NCBI GenBank assembly: GCA_011391155.1
Contig: JAABRA010000331.1
Coordinates: forward strand, 43-64,042
Length of the DNA: 64,000 nucleotides
Direction of reading: 5' to 3'
Source: Burkholderiales bacterium
GTDB taxonomy: Bacteria > Pseudomonadota > Gammaproteobacteria > Burkholderiales > Burkholderiaceae_C
Notes under the pieces: generated by a model
Told to the model about the DNA's origin: nothing
The model's input: the letters and a program-made list of their open reading frames with translations, nothing else
Database searches by the model: none
Made by a program: the position numbers and the translations under genes
Part shown: in pieces, positions 1 to 7,897 of the stretch
How the letters are laid out: each line of letters starts with the position of its first letter
Position numbering within the stretch: position 1 is the stretch's first letter

Positions 1-746
1 AGGTCGATGTTGGAGACGCCGCCCGGCAAATCGAGCAGGGTCTGCGCGAGCTTGAGGGTGACGAAGACCCAGCGCCGGTTCAGGTCGCGGTTGCCCATGT
101 CGAACAAGCCGGTGATGTCCAGCGTCTCGCTGCGCCCGGTGGCGCTGGTCACGCGCAGCTTGTCACCCACCGTCACGCCCAGGTCACTGGCCAGATCGGT
201 GCCGATCAGTGCGCCGGTGCCGGCCACGTCGAAGCGACCGCGCGTCATGTAGCTGTCCATCTTGACGACGCGGCGGTATTGCTCGGGCTCAACGCCCATC
301 AGCGCCACGCTCTTGTTGCTGTTGCCGCGCGCCGCAAAGGCCGGCCCGCTGACCACCGGCGACACTGCCAGCACACCGGGCGTGGCCGCCGCCAGCGCCG
401 CGATGCGCTCCCATTGGTCCACCGGGCGCAGGCGCTGCTCGCGCGGCTGCACCAGCGCCGCCACCGCCTGGTCCGCACGCGGCGTGACCACGCGCTGGGT
501 GACTTCTTCCAGCGGGCGGATCACCACATGCGCCTGCGAGCCCAGCACCCGGTCGATGATGGTGCTCTGCAACTGGTTGATGAGCTGGGTGAGGAAGATG
601 ATCACCGCCACGCCGCCGGTGACGCCGGCCAGGATCAGCGCGCTCTGCATGCGCCCCTCGCGCAGGAAGCGCAGCGCCACCAGCAGCTCGAACGGCATCC
701 AGCGGGCCTGTGCGCTCAGGGCGGGGCGGGTGCGGTGAAGTTTCAT
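1..746 (-). CDS. ABC transporter permease, FtsX/LolC-LolE-like (partial; 3' end runs off the window)
   Basis: Own translation of the minus strand from ATG at 746-744: MKLHRTRPALSAQARWMPFELLVALRFLREGRMQSALILAGVTGGVAVIIFLTQLINQL... This is an N-terminal TM helix followed by a periplasmic loop, as in LolC/E-MacB type permeases. It is absent from the ORF track only because no stop lies in the window. It starts 6 nt after the adaptor gene stop. Confidence 0.75.
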   Translation of the reverse strand, partial: MKLHRTRPALSAQARWMPFELLVALRFLREGRMQSALILAGVTGGVAVIIFLTQLINQLQSTIIDRVLGSQAHVVIRPLEEVTQRVVTPRADQAVAALVQPREQRLRPVDQWERIAALAAATPGVLAVSPVVSGPAFAARGNSNKSVALMGVEPEQYRRVVKMDSYMTRGRFDVAGTGALIGTDLASDLGVTVGDKLRVTSATGRSETLDITGLFDMGNRDLNRRWVFVTLKLAQTLLDLPGGVSNID

Positions 747-751
747 GGGAT

Positions 752-1996
752 TCAGCGCGAGACGGGCGCAGGCGCGTCTGTGCCCTTTTCCGGCGCCAGG
801 GCCGCGCCGCGGCGCACGCGGTCCCCGGGCAGCGCCTTTTCGGTCTGGGGAATCGCTTCGTCACCGGCTTGCAGGCCCTCCAGGATTTCCACCGCGCCGA
901 TGCCGCGCAGGCCCAGGCGCACCGGCACGCGCACCGCGCGGCCATCCTGCAGCGCCAGCACCCAGGGGGCTTCGCGATCGGCGTCGCGCACCGCGCCGGA
1001 GGGCAGCACCAGTGCGTCTTTCTTCGAGCCGGCGAGCAGCTCCACCGACACCGTCATGTCGGGCTTCAGGAAGGCCGGCGGCCTGAGCACGTCCAGGCGC
1101 ACGTCCACCGTGCCGCGCTGCGGGTCCACCGCCGGCGCAATAAAGCTCAGCTTCGCGTCGAAGCGCTGGCCGGGAAACGCGTCGGCCACGGCCTGCGCCG
1201 CCATGCCCAGGGTGAGCAGGCGAAGGTGCTTTTCGTCCACCGCCGCGTCGATGCGGGTGTTGCCCTGCGCGGCCAGTGCCAGCAGCGTGCGGCCGGGCTG
1301 CGCCATGCTGCCAGGCTCTACGTTGCGCGCCAGCACCACGGCATCGACCGGGCTGGTGATCCGAAGCCGCTCCAGGCGGGCCGTGGCCACTGCCACGGCG
1401 GCCTCGGCCTGCGCCACGCGCGAGGCGGCCATCGCGGGTTCGATACCGCTGGCCTGGTTGGCCAGCGACTGCACCCGCGTGGACTCCAGCGCGCTGCGCG
1501 CCGTGTCGAGCGCACGCTGGCCGTCGTCGAGCTTCTGCTGCGAGAAGAAGCCTTTGGCCACCAGGTCGCGGGTGCGCTGGAAATCGCGCTCCGCAGCCTT
1601 GAACGCGGCCTCGGCCTGCACCACCGCCTGATTCGCCACCGGCGCCGTCACCGTGGCCTGCTGGGTGGCGCGGCCGCGGGCCTCGACCAGCGCCGCGCGG
1701 GCCTGCATCAAGGCGGCACGGGCCTCGGCGTCCGACAGGTGCATCAGCAGGTCGCCGGCCTTCACCCGGTCGCCCTCGCGCACCTTGACCTCCAGTACGG
1801 TGGCGGTGACTTCCGCGCCAATATCCATGCGTGCCGGCGCATTGAGCCGGCCGGTGGCCACCACCGACTGCACAATGCCGGTGCGCACCACCGGCGCAAT
1901 CTGCACCTTGGTGCCGCGCTGGCTGACCCACGCGGCGCCCGCCACCACCACCAGCACGGCGACCCCGGCGGCACCCCATTTGAAAAGCGGTTTCAT
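752..1996 (-). CDS. HlyD/membrane-fusion-protein family efflux adaptor subunit
   Basis: 414-aa ORF with an N-terminal TM anchor (MKPLFKWGAAGVAVLVVVAGAAW). It has a lipoyl-like hairpin motif (VREGDRVKAGDLLMHLSD) and a long Ala-rich coiled coil, then beta-barrel segments. It is operonic with the downstream FtsX-type permease. Confidence 0.85.
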   Translation of the reverse strand: MKPLFKWGAAGVAVLVVVAGAAWVSQRGTKVQIAPVVRTGIVQSVVATGRLNAPARMDIGAEVTATVLEVKVREGDRVKAGDLLMHLSDAEARAALMQARAALVEARGRATQQATVTAPVANQAVVQAEAAFKAAERDFQRTRDLVAKGFFSQQKLDDGQRALDTARSALESTRVQSLANQASGIEPAMAASRVAQAEAAVAVATARLERLRITSPVDAVVLARNVEPGSMAQPGRTLLALAAQGNTRIDAAVDEKHLRLLTLGMAAQAVADAFPGQRFDAKLSFIAPAVDPQRGTVDVRLDVLRPPAFLKPDMTVSVELLAGSKKDALVLPSGAVRDADREAPWVLALQDGRAVRVPVRLGLRGIGAVEILEGLQAGDEAIPQTEKALPGDRVRRGAALAPEKGTDAPAPVSR

Positions 1997-2128
1997 CCGG
2001 CAAGCGTAGCAGCATGCCGTGTCCGCACACGGCGGGGGGACGAACGCCGCAGTCTTCAGGGCGCCTTCGTTCTTGAGTCATGTCAAGAACCAGTCTACGA
2101 TGCAGGCTTCACCGAACCGGGAAAATTC

Positions 2129-3415
2129 ATGGGCATGCTGGACTGGACCGAGAGAAGCGCGGACGTGCTGCAACAGGGCGGCGTGATCGGCCCGGACGAG
2201 CGCCTGCCCTGGCCGCAGACCGCGGTGATGGGTGTGCAACATGTCATCGCGATGTTCGGCGCCACGGTGCTGGCACCCATCCTCATGGGTTTCGATCCCA
2301 ACATCGCCATCCTGATGAGCGGCATCGGCACCCTGATCTTCTTTGTCATCACCGGCGGCAAGGTGCCGAGCTACCTCGGGTCGAGCTTTGCCTTCATCGG
2401 CGTGGTCATTGCGGCCACGGCCTACGCCGGCAAGGGGTCGAACGCCAATATCGGCGTGGCGCTGGGCGGCATCATCGCCTGCGGCGCCTTGTACACCGTG
2501 ATCGGCCTGCTGGTGCAGGTGATCGGCACCGGCTGGATCGAACGCTTCATGCCGCCGGTGGTCACCGGCGCGGTGGTCGCCGTGATCGGCCTGAACCTGG
2601 CCAGCATCCCGGTCAAGAACATGGCGGCGAGCAACTTCGACAGCTGGATGCAGGTCGTCACCTTCGTCAGCGTGGGCCTGGTGGCGGTGCTCACGCGCGG
2701 CATGGTGCAGCGCCTGCTGATCCTGGTCGGCCTGATCGTGGCGACGATCGTCTATGCGGTGTTGACCAACGGCCTGGGCCTGGGCAAGCCGATGGACCTG
2801 AGCGGCCTGCTGAACGCCGCCTGGTTTGGCGCGCCGGCCTTCACCGCCCCGGTGTTCACCGGCAACGCCATGCTGCTGATCGCGCCGGTGGCGGTCATCC
2901 TGGTGGCCGAGAACCTGGGCCATATCAAGGCCGTGACCGCGATGACCGGCAAGAACCTGGACGTTTACATGGGCCGCGCCTTCATCGGCGACGGCATCGC
3001 CACCATGGTCTCGGGCAGCGCCGGCGGCACCGGTGTAACGACCTACGCCGAGAACATCGGCGTGATGGCCGCCACCAAGATCTACTCGACCGCCGTGTTC
3101 CTGGTGGCGGCGCTGATTGCCGTGCTGCTGGGCTTTTCGCCGAAGTTCGGCGCGGTGATCCAGGTGATTCCGCTGCCGGTGATGGGTGGTGTTTCCATCG
3201 TCGTTTTCGGCCTGATCGCGGTGGCGGGCGCCAAGATCTGGGTCGAAAACAAAGTCGATTTTTCGCAGAACAAAAACCTGATCGTCGCGGCCATCACGCT
3301 GGTGCTGGGCACCGGCGACTTCACGCTGAAGTTCGGCCAGTTCGCGCTCGGCGGCATCGGCACCGCCACCTTCGGGGCGATTCTTTTGTACGCTTTGCTC
3401 AATCGCAAGGCCTGA
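2129..3415 (+). CDS. NCS2 family nucleobase:cation symporter (uracil/xanthine permease-like)
   Basis: In-frame ATG at 2129 (MGMLDWTERS...) inside ORF 710-3415. Family-typical stretches include QHVIAMFGATVLAPILMG, VPSYLGSSFAFIG, LVAENLGHIKAV and TTYAENIGVMAATK, with about 12-14 TM helices. The upstream part of the ORF is antisense to the HlyD gene and was rejected. Confidence 0.85.
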   Translation: MGMLDWTERSADVLQQGGVIGPDERLPWPQTAVMGVQHVIAMFGATVLAPILMGFDPNIAILMSGIGTLIFFVITGGKVPSYLGSSFAFIGVVIAATAYAGKGSNANIGVALGGIIACGALYTVIGLLVQVIGTGWIERFMPPVVTGAVVAVIGLNLASIPVKNMAASNFDSWMQVVTFVSVGLVAVLTRGMVQRLLILVGLIVATIVYAVLTNGLGLGKPMDLSGLLNAAWFGAPAFTAPVFTGNAMLLIAPVAVILVAENLGHIKAVTAMTGKNLDVYMGRAFIGDGIATMVSGSAGGTGVTTYAENIGVMAATKIYSTAVFLVAALIAVLLGFSPKFGAVIQVIPLPVMGGVSIVVFGLIAVAGAKIWVENKVDFSQNKNLIVAAITLVLGTGDFTLKFGQFALGGIGTATFGAILLYALLNRKA

Positions 3416-3478
3416 TTTCACTCGCCCATCCCCCCGCCCTTCCCCCTGTCCCACGTCAACACAACCCGGAGACCTGAC

Positions 3479-4024
3479 ATGACTTCATCCGCCCCTCGCG
3501 TTTTTTCCCTGGTCCGCGCGCTCTCCTCGGTCGCGCTGCTGCTCGGCCTGGTCGCCTGCGCCACACCCAAACCCGACATGATGGCCACGGCCGACATGAT
3601 GGCCACGCGCGGCAGTGCCACCACCGGCACCGTGCGTTTTGCCCAGATGGGAGACAAGGTGATGGTCACCGGCGAGATGCGCGGCCTCAAGCCCAATGCC
3701 GAACATGGTTTTCATGTGCATGAAAAAGGCGACTGCTCCAGCGGCGACGGCATGAGTGCCGGCGGTCATTTCAACCCGGCTGCATCCGCGCACGGGCGCT
3801 ACGGCCAGGGCGCGCACCACGTGGGCGACCTGCCCTCGCTGAAGGCCGACGCCCAGGGCGTGGCGAAGATCGATTTCACATCGACCAGCCTGACGCTCAA
3901 GCCCGGCGCCACCAGCATCGTCGACAAGGGCCTGATCGTGCACCGCGACCCGGACGACTACAAGACCCAGCCCACCGGCAACGCCGGCCCGCGCGTGGCC
4001 TGTGCGGTGATCCGCAAGTCGTGA
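3479..4024 (+). CDS. sodC: Cu/Zn superoxide dismutase, lipoprotein-type signal
   Basis: Motifs HGFHVHEKGDCS, GGHFNP, HHVGDLPSL, LIVHRDPDDYKTQPTGNAGPRVACAVI. The lipobox is LLLGLVAC. A Met-rich segment follows the signal peptide. Confidence 0.93.
   Translation: MTSSAPRVFSLVRALSSVALLLGLVACATPKPDMMATADMMATRGSATTGTVRFAQMGDKVMVTGEMRGLKPNAEHGFHVHEKGDCSSGDGMSAGGHFNPAASAHGRYGQGAHHVGDLPSLKADAQGVAKIDFTSTSLTLKPGATSIVDKGLIVHRDPDDYKTQPTGNAGPRVACAVIRKS
3575..3610 (+). repeat. 18-bp tandem duplication inside sodC (gacatgatggccacggcc / gacatgatggccacgcgc)
   Basis: Two adjacent units, 16/18 identical and in frame. They encode DMMATA-DMMATR in the Met-rich N-terminal region of mature SodC. Confidence 0.9.
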
Positions 4025-4082
4025 AACAGTGTCGCGCCGGATTGCCATGGCGACGGGCGTGAGGCCCGGAATATTTCAAAAA

Positions 4083-4295
4083 TCATAGCGAACACTGATC
4101 ATTCGACGATGGGAAATCGGTGAATTCGTTCGATCTTTCGCAAAGCTCCGTTTTCGAAGATCGTGGGGCTGGTGGCGCCGCAGCCCGCGGTGGTTGGCAC
4201 ATCTGCCGACCGTCCCATTGCTGGCCGCACCAGCATCGGCCCTCAAGGTCAATGATGCAGGTGCCGCTACCGCAGCAGCGAGGGTCTTGGCGCAT
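4083..4295 (-). CDS. small Cys-rich protein (70 aa), function unknown
   Basis: ATG at 4295 is preceded by AGGAG with 6-nt spacing. The product is MRQDPRCCGSGTCIIDLEGRCWCGQQWDGRQMCQ..., and the codons have high GC3. It lies 64 nt downstream of the DCC gene on the same strand. Its C-terminal 30 codons run into a copy of the dispersed repeat. Confidence 0.5.
   Translation of the reverse strand: MRQDPRCCGSGTCIIDLEGRCWCGQQWDGRQMCQPPRAAAPPAPRSSKTELCERSNEFTDFPSSNDQCSL
4085..4140 (+). repeat. dispersed intergenic repeat, degenerate copy
   Basis: ATAGCGAACACTGATCATTCGACGATGGGAAATCGGTGAATTCG aligns with the ATAGC..TGACCATT..ACGCTGGG core of the copies at 34010 and 52183. Confidence 0.5.
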
Positions 4296-4358
4296 CGGGA
4301 ACTCCTGTTCTTCACGGGATGGGGTGCTTTTCAATGCAGTCAGGGGAAGGGGCGTAGC

Positions 4359-4775
4359 TCAGGCCGGGCGATCCAGGCGGGAAGCCCAGCGCTGCAACGC
4401 AGGGCGCGCGCGCAGGAAAAGCCGGTAGACGCGTTCCATTGTCCAGGCCGCCCCCGGCAGCCGGCCGGCCAACGCCAGCCAGCGCCAGCCGGGCAGGGTG
4501 GCCCACAACGCCAGGAAGGCTTGCGCGCCGCTGAGCAACTGGCCGTTGGCGGCACGCACGTGGAAGCGGGCCATCAACTGTTCGCGCGTGGTGCCCTGCG
4601 GCAAGGGCAGCGCGGTGTCGCTGACGTCGGTAAAACACACCGGCGTGTCCGAACGCAGCGGCTGCAGGCCGCGATAGACGCCGATCTCGCGCCGGCACAG
4701 CGGGCAGGCGCCGTCGTAGAGCACGGTCAGCGGCTGCGCGACGGCGCCCGCGTCAGGGTTGGTCGGGGTCACCAT
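4359..4775 (-). CDS. DCC-family thiol-disulfide oxidoreductase (DUF393)
   Basis: MVTPTNPDAGAVAQPLTVLYDGACPLCRREIGVYRGL... carries the family-defining YDGxCxLC motif. The start at 4775 is chosen because it sits 2 nt after the stop of the upstream photolyase-like gene. The longer ORF (to 4925) would overlap that gene. Confidence 0.8.
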   Translation of the reverse strand: MVTPTNPDAGAVAQPLTVLYDGACPLCRREIGVYRGLQPLRSDTPVCFTDVSDTALPLPQGTTREQLMARFHVRAANGQLLSGAQAFLALWATLPGWRWLALAGRLPGAAWTMERVYRLFLRARPALQRWASRLDRPA

Positions 4776-5977
4776 GCGGGCACCTCGTTGACGGCCAGCA
4801 GGTCGGCGGCGCTCGACAGTCCGCGCGAGGCGCTGCTCCACCACTGCGAAAACGAGTCGCAACGCCGCGTGACCGGGGGAAACAGCGCCGGCGCCGCCTG
4901 GCACTCGGCCCAGCGGGCCAGCCACGGCGCCAGGTGCGGCTCGTCAAAACCGCGCACGCGGCGCGCGCCCGCCAGCGCGGCGCCGATGGCCGCAGCGTCG
5001 CCGTGCCAGCACTGCGGGGTCAGCTCGGCCATGCGCGTGCCCACGAAGCGCCAGCGCCGTTCGCTCCACGGCCACGCGCGGTGGAAGTCGCTGATCAACA
5101 GGCCCAGCACCAGCGTGTCGGCTGGCAGCTCCGGCAGCGCACCCAGGCTCCACGGGTGGACCAGCCAGACGTCGCGGCCCCGCGCAAGCAGGGGGTCCGG
5201 GGCCGACGACTGCACGTTGCCGGTCGGCGCGCCGATCAGGGCCGGCTCCGCAGGGTCCCCCGCGCCGGGCGCGACCGCGCCTTCACCGGCCGCAGGCGGG
5301 GCCGGCTGGCGTGCCAGGCGGTCGAGTGCCTCGTAGGTCGTGTCGATCACGCTGCCGGGGCTGTGCCAGGGGGTCGGGGCATACCGGGCCACGTTCTCGG
5401 CATTGAAGAGGTAGGGCTTGCGGCTGCCGGTGCCGGCCACCCATTGCCAGCTGAGGTGGTTGCTGGCCAGGTCGCCGTCGAGCAGGTGACCGTAAAGCCA
5501 GTCGGCGCCGGCGCGCCAGTGCACCTTGCGCACATGCACCACATAGCTGGCCAGCCACATGCGGGCGTGGTTGTGCAGCATGCCGGTGGCGTGGAGCGTG
5601 CGCACCGCCTCGTCCACCACCGGCACGCCGGTGCGCCCCTGCCGGATGTCGGCCGGCAGCTCGCGGGTGTAGGCATCGTCGGGCAGCAGGCCGTCGTGCA
5701 GCGAACGCAGGATGCCGTCGCCGCGCTGCTGCCAGACGTGGCGAAAGTAGGCGCGCCAGCCGAGTTCGAACACCAGCTTGTGCTGGATGTCCAGCGGCTG
5801 GCGCGCCGCGACGCCGCCCAGCACATCGGTGAGCGTGACGAAGCCATGCGTGATGTAGGGCGATAGCCCGGTCACTGCGCCGTCGAGCGCGTTGCGCGTG
5901 CGGGCATAGGCGGCAGGCCGCACGGCGGCGATGCGGGCGTGTGCGGCCGCCAGTGTGGGCGCGAAGGTGTCAGGCAT
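4769..5977 (-). CDS. photolyase/cryptochrome-family FAD-binding protein with atypical domain order
   Basis: 402 aa. The N-terminal 225 aa contain GLSPYITHGF, ELGWRAYFRHVW, TGMLHNHARMWLASYVV and DGDLASNHLSWQWVAGTGSRKPYLFN, which are photolyase helical FAD-domain motifs. An Ala/Pro/Gly linker follows, then a 140-aa C-terminal domain. Confidence 0.85.
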   Translation of the reverse strand: MPDTFAPTLAAAHARIAAVRPAAYARTRNALDGAVTGLSPYITHGFVTLTDVLGGVAARQPLDIQHKLVFELGWRAYFRHVWQQRGDGILRSLHDGLLPDDAYTRELPADIRQGRTGVPVVDEAVRTLHATGMLHNHARMWLASYVVHVRKVHWRAGADWLYGHLLDGDLASNHLSWQWVAGTGSRKPYLFNAENVARYAPTPWHSPGSVIDTTYEALDRLARQPAPPAAGEGAVAPGAGDPAEPALIGAPTGNVQSSAPDPLLARGRDVWLVHPWSLGALPELPADTLVLGLLISDFHRAWPWSERRWRFVGTRMAELTPQCWHGDAAAIGAALAGARRVRGFDEPHLAPWLARWAECQAAPALFPPVTRRCDSFSQWWSSASRGLSSAADLLAVNEVPAW

Positions 5978-6138
5978 TTGCAGCGGATTTCAAGACCATG
6001 TCAAGGCTGGAAGACTCGAATGCTATATCAATACGATTCATAACAAGTTCATTGATGCATAAATCCCGAGATTTTCCCTATAATTCGTTTGATAAGCGAT
6101 TCAAAGCAGGTTCAAAAACAGGTCAAACTCAAAAACGC
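5978..6138. promoter_or_regulatory. AT-rich divergent control region between the photolyase-like operon and the MerR gene
   Basis: This is the most AT-rich stretch of the window. It contains TTGATG (6052-6057) and TATAAT (6079-6084). It also holds the inverted repeat TTTGA-N8-TCAAA (about 6088-6105) and three TTCAAA/TCAAA direct repeats at about 11-12 nt spacing (6100-6135). Confidence 0.45.
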
Positions 6139-7221
6139 ATGAAGCCCCCCATCCCGTCGCAGCCTGCCCAACAGCATCCGTCCACGATGGGGGCCGCAGC
6201 CTTGCATCGCAGCGGTGCCGTGGCGCGCATGCTGCACATGCCGGTGGCGACGCTGCGCGTCTGGGAGCGGCGCTATGGCCTGACGCAGCCGTCGCTGTCG
6301 CCGGGCGGTCAGCGCCTGTATTCGGCCGACGATGTGCGCCGCCTCGCCGTGCTCAAGCAGTTGACGGACCTCGGCCACGCCATCGGCAGCCTGGCCCCGC
6401 TGGACATGGCGCAACTGCAAAGCGTGGCTGCCACGCACGAGCAGGCGCAGACCTCCGCGAAGGGCAGCCCGCGCGCGCAGGAGGCCCGCCGTCTGCCCGT
6501 CAAGCCCTGGCGGCTCGCGGTGATTGGCGCTGCGCTGGGCGCGCGTTTGCAGCGGCCCACGCTGTTGCGCCGGCTGGGCCGGCCCCTGGTGGTGCTGGGC
6601 CCGTTCGACGACGGCGCGCAGGCCGCTGCCGCGCTGTGCGCCTCGGATGCGGATGCCTTGCTGGTGCATGAAGCCCATTTACAGGACGGCTGGCTGGATT
6701 CCATCGATGCGGCCGCGCCCGCCCTGGCGGGGCTGCCGAAAGCGGTGCTCTACGGCTACGCCGCCGACCGCGTGTGCGAAGCCGTGGCAACGGCCGGCAC
6801 GGCGCTGCTGCGCGAACCCCAGCCGGACGCCGCGCTGGCGCAATGGCTGCGCGCCCTGTCCCTGGAGAACATCGCGACCTTGGCGACCACGACGCCCGGG
6901 CCTGCGGTGGATGCAGGTGCGCCCTTCGCCGAGCCGGTGCCACCGCGCCGCTGGGACGATGCGGCCCTGGCCCGCTTCGCGGGCCTGTCAACCACCATCG
7001 CCTGCGAGTGCCCGCACCACGTGGCCGAATTGTTGATTCAGCTGTCGCACTTCGAGGCCTACAGCGCCGAATGCGAAAACCGTAATGCACCCGACGCTGC
7101 ACTGCACGCGTATTTGCGGCAAGTCGCGGGCGCCGCGCGCGCCCGTTTTGAAGCCGCCCTCGAACATGTGGCCCTGCACGAAGGGTTGATGCTGCCGGCA
7201 TCGCCGCGGCGCAAGCCCTGA
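6139..7221 (+). CDS. MerR-family transcriptional regulator with a long C-terminal domain (possible LitR-like light-response regulator)
   Basis: The HTH region is SGAVARMLHMPVATLRVWERRYGLTQPSLSPGGQRLYSADDVRRLAVLKQLTDLGHAI. The C-terminal 270 aa show no obvious B12-binding DxHxxG motif and end with a Cys/His segment (ACECPHHVAELL...AECENRN). The start at 6139 is uncertain; the alternative is 6187. Confidence 0.8.
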   Translation: MKPPIPSQPAQQHPSTMGAAALHRSGAVARMLHMPVATLRVWERRYGLTQPSLSPGGQRLYSADDVRRLAVLKQLTDLGHAIGSLAPLDMAQLQSVAATHEQAQTSAKGSPRAQEARRLPVKPWRLAVIGAALGARLQRPTLLRRLGRPLVVLGPFDDGAQAAAALCASDADALLVHEAHLQDGWLDSIDAAAPALAGLPKAVLYGYAADRVCEAVATAGTALLREPQPDAALAQWLRALSLENIATLATTTPGPAVDAGAPFAEPVPPRRWDDAALARFAGLSTTIACECPHHVAELLIQLSHFEAYSAECENRNAPDAALHAYLRQVAGAARARFEAALEHVALHEGLMLPASPRRKP

Positions 7222-7288
7222 AGGTGCACCGCGCGGACCCCTCATCAAAACCCCTCCTGCCCTCTCACTTCCCGACCTGCCCATCACC

Positions 7289-7897
7289 ATGCAACGCCTG
7301 CTGCTCCTCTTCACCCTCGCCACCATGCCCCTGTTCAGCCACGCGATCGAAGAACCTGACTTTGCGGTCATCCAGCAACTCGATGCCGCAGTGGAGCTGC
7401 GCCGCTACGCACCCTACGTCGTGGCCGAGGTGGTGCTCGACGTACCGCCTGAGGAGGCGGGCAGCCAGGCTTTCCCGATCCTGGCGGGGTACATCTTCGG
7501 CAAGAACAAGGGTGAAAAAAAGTTCGCGATGACAGCGCCGGTCACGCAGACCGCAGCGCCCTTGCGCATGGACATGACCGCGCCCGTCACGCAGGCATCG
7601 GTGGCGGGCGGCATTCGCGTGCAGTTCGTGCTGCCCAAGGGGGTGACGCTTGCAAACGCACCCGAGCCAGTCGACCCGCGGGTGCAACTGCGCGAGGTGC
7701 CGGCCGGTAGCTGGGCGGTGATCCGGTATTCGGGTGCCTGGTCGCAGGCCAATGACCAGGAGCAGCTGGAAAAGTTGAAGGCGTCCCTGGCGGCTGCGGG
7801 CGTGGTCACCCAGGGCGAACCCGTGCTGGCGCGTTACAACGCGCCCTTCACGCCGTGGTTCCTGCGGCGCAACGAGATCTGGCTGGCGCTGCGCTGA
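7289..7897 (+). CDS. SOUL heme-binding family protein (secreted)
   Basis: Signal peptide MQRLLLLFTLATMPLFSHA. SOUL-type stretches include EEPDFAVI, ELRRYAPYVVAEV, FPILAGYIFGKNK, IAMTAPV-like repeats and RYNAPFTPWFLRRNEIW. Confidence 0.8.
   Translation: MQRLLLLFTLATMPLFSHAIEEPDFAVIQQLDAAVELRRYAPYVVAEVVLDVPPEEAGSQAFPILAGYIFGKNKGEKKFAMTAPVTQTAAPLRMDMTAPVTQASVAGGIRVQFVLPKGVTLANAPEPVDPRVQLREVPAGSWAVIRYSGAWSQANDQEQLEKLKASLAAAGVVTQGEPVLARYNAPFTPWFLRRNEIWLALR

Noticed and set aside
710-2128. N-terminal 470-codon extension of the permease ORF 710-3415
   Set aside because: This part is antisense to the HlyD-family gene and has an Arg/Gly/His-rich composition. The NCS2 homology begins only at the ATG at 2129.
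3575-3610. Tandem repeats (sodC 18-mer x2; glgC hexamer x4; Gly/Gln-rich yidB-like region 33540-33740) as a CRISPR or other array
   Set aside because: They are intragenic and in-frame, have no spacers, and are far too short. They are low-complexity coding repeats, not CRISPR.
4194-5336. 380-aa plus-strand ORF spanning the DCC and photolyase-like genes
   Set aside because: It is antisense to two genes with clear motifs (YDGxCxLC and photolyase FAD-domain blocks), and its product has a shadow-frame composition.
6052-6084. TTGATG ... TATAAT as a standard sigma-70 promoter for the MerR gene
   Set aside because: By my count the spacer is 21 nt, which is too long for a canonical promoter. I keep it only as a remark, since MerR-type promoters can have long spacers. 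It is not called as a feature on its own.
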